DNA of 63,418 nt, counting the filler, from Octopus bimaculoides (Eukaryota): the NCBI RefSeq assembly GCF_001194135.2. It is 4 parts of 4 records of this genome, joined end to end, with 100 filler letters (N's around TTAATTAATTAA, not from the genome) between each part and the next. Parts side by side here need not be neighbours in the genome. Positions count along the whole stretch, not along the records: positions 36,020 to 61,550 come from NC_068992.1; 3 more parts are not named here. One strand, written 5' to 3'. A program made the position numbers and the translations under genes. The first letter of the stretch is position 1; every line of letters begins with the position of its first letter. This document shows, piece by piece, positions 37,845-49,914 of this stretch. The notes beneath the pieces were generated by a model. The model ran no database searches, was not told the DNA's origin, and saw nothing but the letters and a program-made list of their open reading frames with translations.

Positions 37845-38699
37845 NNNNNNNNNNNNNNNNNNNNNNNNNNNNNNNNNNNNNNNNNNNNNNNNNNNNNNNN
37901 NNNNNNNNNNNNNNNNNNNNNNNNNNNNNNNNNNNNNNNNNNNNNNNNNNNNNNNNNNNNNNNNNNNNNNNNNNNNNNNNNNNNNNNNNNNNNNNNNNNN
38001 NNNNNNNNNNNNNNNNNNNNNNNNNNNNNNNNNNNNNNNNNNNNNNNNNNNNNNNNNNNNNNNNNNNNNNNNNNNNNNNNNNNNNNNNNNNNNNNNNNNN
38101 NNNNNNNNNNNNNNNNNNNNNNNNNNNNNNNNNNNNNNNNNNNNNNNNNNNNNNNNNNNNNNNNNNNNNNNNNNNNNNNNNNNNNNNNNNNNNNNNNNNN
38201 NNNNNNNNNNNNNNNNNNNNNNNNNNNNNNNNNNNNNNNNNNNNNNNNNNNNNNNNNNNNNNNNNNNNNNNNNNNNNNNNNNNNNNNNNNNNNNNNNNNN
38301 NNNNNNNNNNNNNNNNNNNNNNNNNNNNNNNNNNNNNNNNNNNNNNNNNNNNNNNNNNNNNNNNNNNNNNNNNNNNNNNNNNNNNNNNNNNNNNNNNNNN
38401 NNNNNNNNNNNNNNNNNNNNNNNNNNNNNNNNNNNNNNNNNNNNNNNNNNNNNNNNNNNNNNNNNNNNNNNNNNNNNNNNNNNNNNNNNNNNNNNNNNNN
38501 NNNNNNNNNNNNNNNNNNNNNNNNNNNNNNNNNNNNNNNNNNNNNNNNNNNNNNNNNNNNNNNNNNNNNNNNNNNNNNNNNNNNNNNNNNNNNNNNNNNN
38601 NNNNNNNNNNNNNNNNNNNNNNNNNNNNNNNNNNNNNNNNNNNNNNNNNTATATATATATATATATTGCATATATGGAAATACATGTATGTACATATAT

Positions 38700-38910
38700 T
38701 CTTTTATTCTTTTATTTGTTTTAGTCATTTGATTGTAGCCATGCTGGAGCACCACCTTTAGTTGAACAAATTGACCCCAGGAATTATTCCTTGTAAGCCT
38801 AGTACTTATTCTTTTGGTCTCTTTTGCTGGACCGCTAAGTTACAGGGATGTAAACATTCCAACATCGGTTGTCAAGGGACGGTGGAGGCAGGGAAAAAAA
38901 CATAGACACA
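38700..38910 (-). mobile_element. SINE family A, 3' half
   Basis: Matches the other A copies. Confidence 0.88.
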
Positions 38911-38924
38911 CAAGCTCTAGAGTA

Positions 38925-39145
38925 ATAATCCTTTCTACTATAGGCACAAGACCTGGAATTTTGGGGAAAGGGACTGGTCAATTACATCGACCCCAGTGCA
39001 TAACTGGAACTTATTTCATCAACCACAAAATGACAAAAGGCAAAGCTGACCTCGATGGAATTTGAACTCAGAACGTGAGGACAGACAAAATGCTGCTAAG
39101 CATTTTGCCTGGCATGCTAACGATTCTGCCAACTCACCACCTTTG
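38925..39145 (-). mobile_element. SINE family M, old-tail copy
   Basis: TAATCCTTTCTACTATAGGCACAAGACCTGG...CTGCCAACTCACCACC. Confidence 0.88.
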
Positions 39146-39379
39146 CCTGGAGTAATAATAAACAAGAAGGTACTTCAAGACATAAACTAAACTACAAATA
39201 GAATTTGATTGGCTAAAACCAGCAGTGGCTGGCAAACTGTTAAATAAGTTTCCTTATGTGGCAGTCACACGGTTAATCAGATCATCCATATTAAAAGCAA
39301 GATTTCCAACATAGGGATCTTGATGAGCTGTGTGATTCTTAAAAAAAGGAAATTACTAGTAGCATTGGTCTCAGTCTTC

Positions 39380-39520
39380 TAAATATCATCATCATAGTTT
39401 TAACATTCATTTTTCCTTGCTTGCATGGGTTAGAAGGGATTTGTTGAAGCAAGGCAGATTTTCAATGGCTGGACACTCCTCTTGTCACCAACCTTCATCT
39501 GTTTCCAAACAAGTTAATGT
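39380..39520 (-). mobile_element. Degenerate RTE-type 3' tail
   Basis: CATCATCAT...TTTTCCTTGCTTGCATGGGTT similar to 7495-7660. Confidence 0.6.
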
Positions 39521-39689
39521 TTACATGGAAACATGTCCCCAGTCTACATATTTTCACAGAAGACAGCAAACAAGCAACAACACTTGCATGATGTTTTGTT
39601 TACAATTAGCACATGATGTCAGGACAAAAAAAGGGACAGAAACAAACACACATGCACGTACACACTCACACACACAACACGCATATACA

Positions 39690-39830
39690 AATATATGACA
39701 AGCTTCTTTTTAGTTTCCGACTACGAAATCCACTAACAAGTCTGGGGCTATAGCAGATGACACTTGCTCAAAATGCCATGCTATGGGACTGAACCCAAAA
39801 CCATGTGGTTGCAAAGCAAACTTCTTAACC
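39690..39830 (-). mobile_element. SINE family A, 5' half
   Basis: TTTTAGTTTCCGACTACGAAATCCACT...GGACTGAACCC. Confidence 0.78.
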
Positions 39831-39994
39831 AAAGACAGACAGACACACACACACACACACATCCTCAAAATGCAACTGAAGGAAATTTGGCTGCTATTAC
39901 TAGCAGTTTAAACACTCACATAGAAGTCCCTTTTCTCATCTCAAACATTCTTCATATTGTATTTACAAGAATTTCCATAATTATTTAGCTCAGC

Positions 39995-40150
39995 AGGAGT
40001 GGCTGTGTGGTAAGTAGCTTGCTTACTAATCACATGGTTCCAGGTTCATTCCCACTGCGTGGCACCTTGGGCAAGTGTCTTCTACTGTAGACGCGGGCCA
40101 ACCAAAGCCTTGCGAGTGGATTTGGTTGACGGAAACTGAAAAAAGCCTGT

Positions 40151-40247
<97 letters not shown>

Positions 40248-40466
40248 TTGTGTGTCTGTGTTTGTCTCCCCAACTTTGCTTGACAACCGATGCTGGTGTG
40301 TTTACGTCCCCGTAACTTAGCAGTTCGGCAAAAAGAGAACAATAGAATAAGTACTAGGCTTCCAAAGAATAAGTCCCGGGGTCGATTTGCTCGACTAAAG
40401 GCGGTGCTCCAGCATGGCCACAGTCAAGTGACTGAAACAAGTAAAAGAGTAAAAGAGAGTAAGAGT
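39995..40466 (+). mobile_element. Full-length SINE family A: tRNA-like head, CCTTGGGCAAGT (CORE-like start), internal (TA)n(TG)n, (GTAAAAGA)n tail
   Basis: A-box-like TGGCTGTGTGG and B-box-like GGTTCATTCCC; ~15 related copies in the window. Confidence 0.95.
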
Positions 40467-40934
40467 AATCCTTCCACCTGCAGAGTTTGAACTCGGAATG
40501 CAGATACTAAATACTAAACACTGCAACATAGTATTTAGCCTGGTGCTCTTGCTGTCCTTGAAACATGTATTGATTTATTATTGATTCACAAGTGATGTTA
40601 TAATGAGAGAGAGAGAGAGAGAAAGAGCATTTACTGCATTTCCCTTCATCGCTGATTGTCTTACCTTTGTTGTAGTATTAACAGAAAGCAGTGTAGCTGG
40701 CTTCACAGCACTTCATATCTTGTTGACATTTTTCAAGATATTATGAATCAATGAATCATACTCTCGCCCAGATTATATTAACGGCAAAGGCAAAGTTGCT
40801 GATACATAAATTTTCGACTGCCTTGGCATGATTTCATATTTCTAATTTTGGATGGTAGAGTCTCAGCTGTTCTCTTCACAGAAACTCTCGTAAGAGATCA
40901 CAAGTTGAAAAGGCACTCAAACCAACATATACAT

Positions 40935-41410
40935 CATTAGAAACAGTAGATAGACACCGAAAGCTAGCTAGACACTGGAAGCTAAACAGACCACTAGAAA
41001 CTGCAGAAAGACACTGAAAGCTACAGATAGACCACTAGCAACAGCAGATAAACACTGAAAGCTAGAGATAGACCACTAGAAACAGCAGATAGACACTGAA
41101 AGCTACAAATACTGAAAGCTACAGATAGACCACTAGAAACTGCAGATAGACACTGAAAGCTACAGATAGACCACTAGAAACTGCAGATAGACACTGAAAG
41201 CTAGAGATAGACCACTAGAAACATCAGCTAGACACTGAAAGCTACAAATACTGAAAGCTAGAGATAGACCACTAGAAACTGCAGATAGACACTGAAAGCT
41301 ACAGATAGACCACTAGAAACTGCAGATAGACACTAGAAGATAGACAAACACAAGAAGCTACAGACAGATGCTAGAAGTAAAAAACAAAATAGACATTAGA
41401 AACTCCAGGA
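40935..41410. repeat. 41-bp minisatellite with 57-bp variants
   Basis: Unit GACACTGAAAGCTACAGATA-GACCACTAGAAACTGCAGATA; variant units start at 41092 and 41231. Confidence 0.95.
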
Positions 41411-41559
41411 AAAGTCATTATCATAGAAAAATAAGCAAATTATAGATGAGTTAATTATTAGCCAGACCTGTAATACAGTCTAAATATTCATGCCAAAACA
41501 CAATTGAGTCATGAAATATGAGGTGATATTAATAAGTCAATAAACAGGACCATGTGTAA

Positions 41560-41910
41560 ACAATGGATGGTATTGTAAACAATAATTTGTGGGGACAGAA
41601 ATAGAACAATAGGTTCTCTGACAGAACAGAAATAGAACAGGCCCTCTAACGGAACAAAACAACTGGCTTTTATGATTGGACAGAAATATAACAACCAGAC
41701 ACAAATAGAATAATAGGCTTTCTGATGTGGACAGAAATAGAACAGGCCCTCTAGTGGAACACAAATGAAACAACAGGTCCTCTGAATGGGGCACAAATAC
41801 AATAATAGGATACAAAACAAAGGCTTTTTGGTGGGACACAGCAAGAATAGGCACTGGCCTCTGGTGGCATACAATTAGGACAAATAAAACAGGCCTGCTA
41901 ATGGGACACC
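41560..41910. repeat. Degenerate ~30-bp minisatellite (GGACAGAAATAGAACAGGCCCTCT..)
   Basis: AAATAGAACAGGCCCTCT-like motif recurs about ten times. Confidence 0.75.
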
Positions 41911-41924
41911 TATCACTTAACCCC

Positions 41925-42263
41925 TATGTTTTCTCTCTCCTTCCCTTCTTTTTCCTTCTCTCTCCCCTCCTTTCTCCCTCCATCCCTGTCTGATCTCTTT
42001 CTCTCTCTCTCTCTCCCTCGTTCTCTCTTCCTTCCTCCTTTCTTTTTCCTTCTCTCTCTCCTCTTCCCTCCTCCTCTCCCCTCCACCTTTCTTCCTCCTC
42101 TCTCTAATTACTCTCTCTCTCTCTCTCTCTCTCTCTGAGAAAGATGGGTGGAGAAAAAGTAGATGGTGAAAGACAGAGAAAATAAAGTGAAGAAAAAGAA
42201 ATTGAGAAATTGAATTGTAAACATTTTCTGCTGCTGCTACTGCTATTAATTCTTCTACTGCTT

Positions 42264-42318
<55 letters not shown>

Positions 42319-42320
42319 CA
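41925..42320. repeat. CT-rich low-complexity tract and (CTA)n
   Basis: Visible directly. Confidence 0.9.
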
Positions 42321-44149
42321 CAGCTGCTGATCCTGTATTTTACCCTATATCAACAACAGTAGGTAAGACTGAAACTGGGATCATCACAAAATCCCAACAA
42401 ACTAAACAATGCATGAACAATAACAACAATAAACAAAAGAAAAAGGGCGGGGAGAGGGCTGGATCGATCCATTAGTTATTCATCCAGCAGAACCAAGTAG
42501 AAAAAAAAAAGGGTAAACAGATGACAACCATTTAAAAGATAGTCACATGAATAAACAATTGCTGAGGGGAGAGGGGCACAATCATTCTGGGGAGGGGAAG
42601 AAAAATCACCAATAGGAAGGAAAGGGTTCTTTTGTTGACATCATCATCATCATTGACATCATCAGCGTTATGTTCAAACCTATTGCTATATACTTAATCT
42701 TTCCATGTTAGTGTAGGTGTTAGGTGTCACCCACACATACAACAACAGCATCTGTCTGCCCTAAGAGCTCGGTCGGTAGAGCATGATGGTGGTGAGTTGA
42801 AAATTATTCTCTGCATGACATAATTTTTGAACCAACTTATGCTCATCCATCACAGTGATGAGGACCATCTAATCATCCTCAAAGATGACAGATGATTTGC
42901 ATGGCGGCCTTGTTTAAAATGAAAAAGGGTTGCACACAGCCAACCCCACTTCCTTGTCCATGACGGTTTTCAATTCAGTGGCAAGGCCAAGTCAAGACAA
43001 CAGCAGATGGAAACAGATGCAGCAGATGATCAAGATGTCTTCCTTGCCCCATCTTGTTCTCTGCTCCACTATGCATTACTGCATCCACCTTCCCCCTCTA
43101 CTGAACCATGAAGACATCTTCCACATAGCCCGCTAGATCCTGTTTTCACATGCATAGGAAAGCAAGCCCTAATATGCTAGTTACCTACAGCTGGGGCACC
43201 CCGACAGGTGCTACTACTCCAGGATGGAGTACAACTGGGAACAGTAGTGACCAAGAAGCAATTCCACATTCTTTAAAACCCTGGGACTCCCAAACTATAG
43301 CCCTACTACTGGGCGCAGTTGAGAGTTGTACCCAAGACATCTCTAGACTGCTTGGCCTAGTGAAAATAGCAGCAAAATTATCACAAATCACACCATGCCA
43401 TCTTTAAAAAAAAAGGAAGGATATTTTGGATAATGAAACCTTGAATATATTGTTTGAAAATAAGATAGTAAAAAGGTCACAAATAGGTCTGCTCAAAATC
43501 AGAGCTGACTAGCAGGTAATCAAACAACAGCACAACTTTGTTGTTATTTAGCCCTTGGTCAGCCATGATTGAGCAGACCTATGATTAATGATGTTCTAAA
43601 TGTGATCATTCCATCTTTTTGTAGATCAGGATCAACACTGTCCAATGCAGATTTCTTGAAGATAGTAGGTTGTGATCTGAGAAACACTCTGCTACTAATT
43701 CTAGACATTTGACTGACTAAGGCTCCCCACATGAGCTCCACATTGCACAGATTGTGATGAGAGATTCTTTTTTGGTGGAGTAAGCATATGGAAGATATAA
43801 TTATAAGCATAATAAACACACACACACACACACACACAAAGAGAGTACGAGAGGAGGATAAATACACACACATACTCACACAGAAGTATAGACATCTTAA
43901 AATGATATGCATAGATAACTTACACTCATAAATATATACACAAAGAATATAAACACACAGCTATAATACAGTTTAAACGAGATTCATATTCAAAGTAGGT
44001 CAACAAATGCAATAAATGTGGTAAAATATGTTGAATATATTTCATTGCACTTGCTGACCTTACCTTACAGCAATTAGTCCTTATTGCTAATGACATGAAA
44101 TTAGTTCACACATTGGTCTTTTCCACTATCTTAAATAATTATGCATATT

Positions 44150-44735
44150 ATTATCATTATTGAGTGAGAGAGCAGTGCATGCCATCAAAGTGACACTCGG
44201 GTAAAATATACAAAGTCCAGTATACCCATCTGACAAGGGTACACTGGGCACATGCATCACAACCATATGTGTGTGACACGGTGATCTCATATCAAACTAA
44301 ACATGACCTTGCAGGTGGAACCCAGTTAGAATTTTCTTCAGGTCAAGTAGCCCATCCTGCTCAAAAGATCCCTGAATAAGGGTTGTTTGAGGGTGTTGAA
44401 CGAAACACCCATGTTTCCAAAGGTGAATTATCCAAACCCCAAAGAATTCCTCTCAACACATGGCTATGATGCTCCCCCACTACGTCTGCTCGTTCTCAGA
44501 GATACACATATCGTCAGCCACCAAGGGACATGCTCAACTGGTTAAGGTCAAACAACTGACAAGCAAATCTTTGGTATTCAGCAGAATATTTGCTGTGGCC
44601 CATCTTTTATATCAAGACAAAACAATGTACATGATAACACTTCAAATCAGTTAAAATAAGAAGCCATGAGAGCCACTGCCTGGTACTACATCAGGGCATT
44701 AGGCACTGCATCAGGGCATTAGGTACTGCATCTAT
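44150..44735 (-). mobile_element. Repeat U, longer copy flanked by (TTA)n on both sides
   Basis: Colinear with 10885-11400; 2.5 x 20-bp reiteration at its 5' end (44683-44732). Confidence 0.85.
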
Positions 44736-44759
44736 TATTATTAATATTATTATTATTAT

Positions 44760-44950
44760 TAGGGGCTGTGAACTGCCAGATTCATTAGAACATCGAACAA
44801 AATATCTTGCATTGAGCATTCAAATCCAGCTGAAATCAACTTTGCCTTTTATGCCTCTGGAGTCAATGAAGTACCAGTCAAATACTAGGGCTGATTGTAT
44901 CAACTAACCCCCACCCCTCAAAATAGCCAGCCTTGTATCTAAATTGAAAT
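44760..44950 (+). mobile_element. Old SINE family M copy
   Basis: AACTTTGCCTTTTATGCC...GAAGTACCAGTCAAATACTAGGG. Confidence 0.7.
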
Positions 44951-45069
44951 CAGCTAACAATAGAAAGAACAGTGAACAAAGACATTAACATTTTTAATAC
45001 CGAATTGCCTGAGGCTACCTGAACTAATTTCCATTCAACTGCTGTTGATCCACAACTGAATTAAAGCCT

Positions 45070-45230
45070 CAACGTAACACTGCCAGCTCATCTATGCTGC
45101 CCCAAGAGGTCAACTGCTTATTGAATGGAGTGCTTTGTGAGGTGAGATGATTAGTCTTGGTCGTTGGCACTAAAGCAGGATTTGAACTCAGAATGCGAAG
45201 AGCCAGAAGAAATACTGAGACTAAGATAAA
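45070..45230 (-). mobile_element. Old SINE with M-like head
   Basis: GGATTTGAACTCAGAATG B-box-like segment. Confidence 0.55.
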
Positions 45231-46679
45231 ATAAGTAATGTATTCTTGATTTGCCATTCCAGTTGGTCTAGGAAGTGATTTGAGTCAAGATCATGTGCAG
45301 GGACTGAAAAGATTTGATCATATTGCTCGTTAAATATATGTATAAATATGTGTGCATGTGTTTGTATGTGTATATATATATATAAGTGTGTGTGTGTGTG
45401 TGTGCAAATGTGTGTATACACATATCAGTTCGTGTGTGTATGTATGTGCATGCGTGTCTGTGTATATGTCTTTATGTATGTATATATATATATATATACA
45501 TATATTTTATACATACATATATATATAAATGTGTGTGTGTGCGTGAGAGAGATCATTTTGCTGTCTGCATTAATAGCATAGTTTCTTTTCAACACTACTA
45601 CCTGGCCCTTGGGTGCTTTTAGCAGAGTTCATGCTGTTGCAAAATAATAACCTATGAGTCATGGTTTTCTTCTAATCATTGCCCAAACATCAGCTTACGG
45701 AAGCCTTTCACTAAGCCAGAAAAAAACAAAAAAACATTTAGAATATAAATAAATATAAACATTCTCATGGTTCCCTAGAGTTTGACTCAATCAGATTTCT
45801 CCCTCCCCTCTTCTCTCTCTCTCTATCTCTCACTTTCTCACACTATCTCTCTCTCTCTCTCTCTCTCGCTTTCTCACACTATCTCTCTCTCTCTCTCTCT
45901 CTCTCTNNNNNNNNNNNNNNNNNNNNNNNNNNNNNNNNNNNNNNNNNNNNNNNNNNNNNNNNNNNNNNNNNNNNNNNNNNNNNNNNNNNNNNNNNNNNNN
46001 NNNNNNNNNNNNNNNNNNNNNNNNNNNNNNNNNNNNNNNNNNNNNNNNNNNNNNNNNNNNNNNNNNNNNNNNNNNNNNNNNNNNNNNNNNNNNNNNNNNN
46101 NNNNNNNNNNNNNNNNNNNNNNNNNNNNNNNNNNNNNNNNNNNNNNNNNNNNNNNNNNNNNNNNNNNNNNNNNNNNNNNNNNNNNNNNNNNNNNNNNNNN
46201 NNNNNNNNNNNNNNNNNNNNNNNNNNNNNNNNNNNNNNNNNNNNNNNNNNNNNNNNNNNNNNNNNNNNNNNNNNNNNNNNNNNNNNNNNNNNNNNNNNNN
46301 NNNNNNNNNNNNNNNNNNNNNNNNNNNNNNNNNNNNNNNNNNNNNNNNNNNNNNNNNNNNNNNNNNNNNNNNNNNNNNNNNNNNNNNNNNNNNNNNNNNN
46401 NNNNNNNNNNNNNNNNNNNNNNNNNNNNNNNNNNNNNNNNNNNNNNNNNNNNNNNNNNNNNNNNNNNNNNNNNNNNNNNNNNNNNNNNNNNNNNNNNNNN
46501 NNNNNTGTGTGTGCGTGTGCGTGCGTGTGTGTGCGTGTGTGTGCGTGTGTGTGTGTGCGTGTGTGCCACATGGCATTTTGTCCAAAGCATTAGGGATTTT
46601 GTCAATCCCCCACCCTCACAATATTGGTGGTGGTGGTGGTGGTAGTAGTGGTGCATGAATGTAGGCAATGAAGAGAGTA

Positions 46680-46945
46680 GCTGTCACCCTGCTAGTTGTA
46701 GTGGCACTGGGAGTATTGACCAGGCTGGAGAGCTTAGGATTGATATGAGGGTAGAACATGCTCAGGAAAGTGCTGCATTGGGGACAGCAAAGATCTTAAG
46801 ATTGGCACTTAGGTGTTAAGTATTGTGGAAAGCGACCCTGGGAGACATCTGACAGCAGGATGCTGTCTGCTCTTACAGAATTAACCAGAGCAAGTGAAAT
46901 AGAGAGAAGTGAAATGGAAATAATAATGATAATAATAATAATAAT
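46680..46945 (+). mobile_element. 3' end of an R4/Dong-like (REL-endonuclease) LINE with (TAA)n tail
   Basis: VVVALGVL..RIDMRVEHAQESAALGTAKILRLALRC* resembles the VVGALG...QK.ALLGTARILR C-terminus. Confidence 0.75.
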
Positions 46946-47100
46946 CCTTTCTACTAAAGGCACAAGGCCTGAAATTTTAGGGAAGGGGACTAGTCGTTAC
47001 ATCAACCCCGGTGATTCACTGGTGCTAAATTATATCGACCCCGAAAGGATGACACATAAAGTCAACCCCAGCAGAATTTAAACTCAGAATGTAAGGACAG
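46945..47100 (-). mobile_element. SINE family M, 5'-truncated, in (TAA)n
   Basis: ATCGACCCCGAAAGGATGA core; old tail. Confidence 0.85.
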
Positions 47101-47101
47101 A

Positions 47102-47136
<35 letters not shown>

Positions 47137-47249
47137 TGATGATTTCTTTATTAACCACAAGGGTTTACATTAAGAAAAACATTACGGACAGCACTGGGCA
47201 AAACAAAGAATGTGTGTGAGTGTGTGTTGTAAATAATAATAAAAATAAT

Positions 47250-47470
47250 AATAGTCCTTTCTACTGGAAGCACAAGGCCTCAGATTTGCGGGGATAGGAC
47301 TAGTCGATTTCATCAACCCCAGTGTTTCACTGGTACTTAATTTATCGACCCCCGAAAGTATGAAAGGCAAAGTCGACCTCAGCGGAATTTTGAACTCAAA
47401 ACGTAAAGCTGGACAAAATGCCACTAAGCATTTTTACCCAGCGTCCTAACGACTCTGCCATCTCGCCAGC
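47250..47470 (-). mobile_element. SINE family M, old-tail copy, in (TAA)n
   Basis: Head to tail present. Confidence 0.9.
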
Positions 47471-47729
47471 TAATAATAATAATAATAAATAATAATAATA
47501 ATAATAATAAAATCCACTGAAACTGACTTTGTTAACTCTACTGTGAGCTGTTCAGACGTTGGAAGCTAATCTGTGATGAAAAGAGTAAATTACTATGGAT
47601 TAAAATTAACAGATCAAATCAGGATATAGTTTCAGATCTTTTTGTTCATTTTTTTTTTTTGGTTTTGATAAAAGCTTCTTTTATTTCCTACCATTTCTAA
47701 TTACTATCAGTTTGATGTCGATAATGGTT

Positions 47730-48392
47730 TAGGGGTTCTCAACCCTTTTCTACCTATGGTCCCTTTTGATTCCTGCTTTATTCGGATGGACCCTCCTAGT
47801 CATTCAGTGATTAAAAAAAAAAATCCAACTATATTTTCATTCTTTTATTTGTTACAGTCATCTGACTGCGGCTATGCTGGAGCACCACCGTTAGTCAAAG
47901 AAATTGACCCCAGGACTTATTCTTTGGAACCCTAGTACTTATTCTATCGGTCTCTTTTGCTAAACACACCAACATCGGTTGTCAAGAAATGGTGGGGACA
48001 CACACACACACACACACACACAACAGGCTTCTTTCAGTTTCCGTCTACCAAATCCAGTGACAAGGCTTTGGTCAGCCGAAGGCTATAGTAGAAGATACTT
48101 GCCCAAGGTGCCACACAGTAGGACTGAACCTAGAACCATGTGGTTGGAAAGCAAGCTTCTTACCACGCAGCCATGTCTGCGCCTAAATCAAATATTATTA
48201 AGAAGTGTATAAAAATTGTAAAATCATTCTATGTATTGTGGATATATAAGCAATTTATTGCACATAAACTTTACTGATTCTGAAGCACAAATTTTTGCAT
48301 ATCCCCTGAAAAATTACTGTTGACTCCCAATTTACTATATTGTATTTGTGGACCCCAAAAGTCTTATATGGACACAAGATAAGAACCCCTGG
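47730..48392. mobile_element. hAT/Charlie-like MITE interrupted by a SINE A
   Basis: AGGGGTTCTCAAC ... ATAAGAACCCCTG imperfect terminal inverted repeats; related to 22893-23215. Confidence 0.7.
47838..48185 (-). mobile_element. Full-length SINE family A nested in the MITE
   Basis: Both halves around a (CA)n tract. Confidence 0.92.
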
Positions 48393-48906
48393 TTTAGGCT
48401 AATGTTGGAGAACTACAACACTTACAATTACAATAGTTGTTTGGAAGTTTTGAACCTACTTTAGAGACTTGAGTCCTGAGGATTTGTGTTAATTATTGCG
48501 AACACAAGTATTATGTATGTAATATGGTAGACAAAAGCACAGTTCTGTTGTGTTACAAACCAGCTCTTCAAATCCCATTGTACTATGTCCTTGAACATCG
48601 GTATAACTTTACTTAACAGTATGCTTTGCTGTATATAAACAAAACAGCTCAACACAATATAACTACAATATAAAAAACAAACATTGTGGCTGAAAATTGA
48701 AGTAGCCTTTTTTTTTTTGTTTGTTTATTTAAGTTTATATTAAAGGTTGTTGTTTGTAAAACTACATACAGGTCCCTATTTTTTACAGTAAACAGCTTCA
48801 TATGCCGACAATGAGGAACAAATGGGAGTCAGCAATGATTTGCTACAAACAGCAGCAAATTCTTTATCAAATCATACCGTTATTTTAAATAAAGGACACA
48901 GCCAAC

Positions 48907-49262
48907 TAACTTAAGACTGATCCAGTTAGTTAGCCTAGGAATAACCCAACAAGTTAACCTAGGACTATTCCAGCCAGTTACCTAAGGATTGGTCTGATCA
49001 GCTAACTTAGGATTGATCCAGTTTCCTAACTTAAGACTGATCCAGACATTTGACTTAAGACTGATCCAGTCAGCTAACATAACCTATCCAGTGTTCTAAC
49101 TAAAGACTGATCCAGTAAGTTAGCCTAGGACTAACCCAGTAAGTTAACCTAGGACTATTCCAGTCAATTACCTAAGGATTGGTCAGGTCAACTTAGGATT
49201 GACCCAGTTTTCTAACTTAAGATGTATCCAGACAGTTAACTTAGGACTGATCCACCCAGTTA
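48907..49262. repeat. 24-bp minisatellite, ~15 units, with 190-bp higher-order period
   Basis: Monomer TAACTTAAGACTGATCCAGTCAGT-like; units 1-7 recur from 49097. Confidence 0.93.
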
Positions 49263-49914
49263 ATTTATGAATGATCTAGCCAATAAAAACACTAATGAAA
49301 TACATAATGGATCACAGGATGGTCATGGCTGGAGTGCCTTTTATAAAAAACATGCTCATTCAGGGATAACCTGGGCAAGACAACAATTAAAAACATTTAC
49401 CATTTTATTTCTTCTAATCAAACTAATTAACAAGGTGGGACAGAAAGTAGCTGTTAACTTCAGGATTTCTGTGACCAAAAGTGTAATGGAACAATGCCAT
49501 GAAATCAAATTCTGTATCAAGCAACAGGTTCTTGGTGTCCGTATATGAAATCACAATTCTTCTATTACCTATCACTTACTCAAAGTCTATGTATTTAGGT
49601 CATGTGACCAGGTATATAACTTTTGATTTAGTTCACTTTTCCTGACACCAGGTTTCCCTCGCTCAACATAAGCAAAACAACTGGACAGTTTTGGTACGCA
49701 TGCACCACTGATCTTTTTTCAACAACTGATGGTTCAACATCTTCAATCCAGAAAATTTACAAGGGGGTACTTGAAATTCCCAAGGCCACCAGTCTAGTTA
49801 ACTGCACAACCATACATGGCACTGTGTATATCATGTGTTTACATGCATTATTTACTCTGCACTTTTTAGTAGCTACACTAAAATTTCAAGTGATTCTCTG
49901 CTTATTTAGCTTAA

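Noticed and set aside
37586-40810. Further splice-site pairs (about 29040, 37600, 40660, 50160, 56440)
   Set aside because: They have stops in all frames or weak acceptors, and similar pairs occur on both strands, consistent with chance.
42220-42480. Thr-rich mucin-like open frame on the plus strand
   Set aside because: Mostly (CTA)n microsatellite, with no start codon or convincing acceptor.
42760-43640. Possible very old LINE and SINE remnants
   Set aside because: Too degenerate to assign family or boundaries without a database search.
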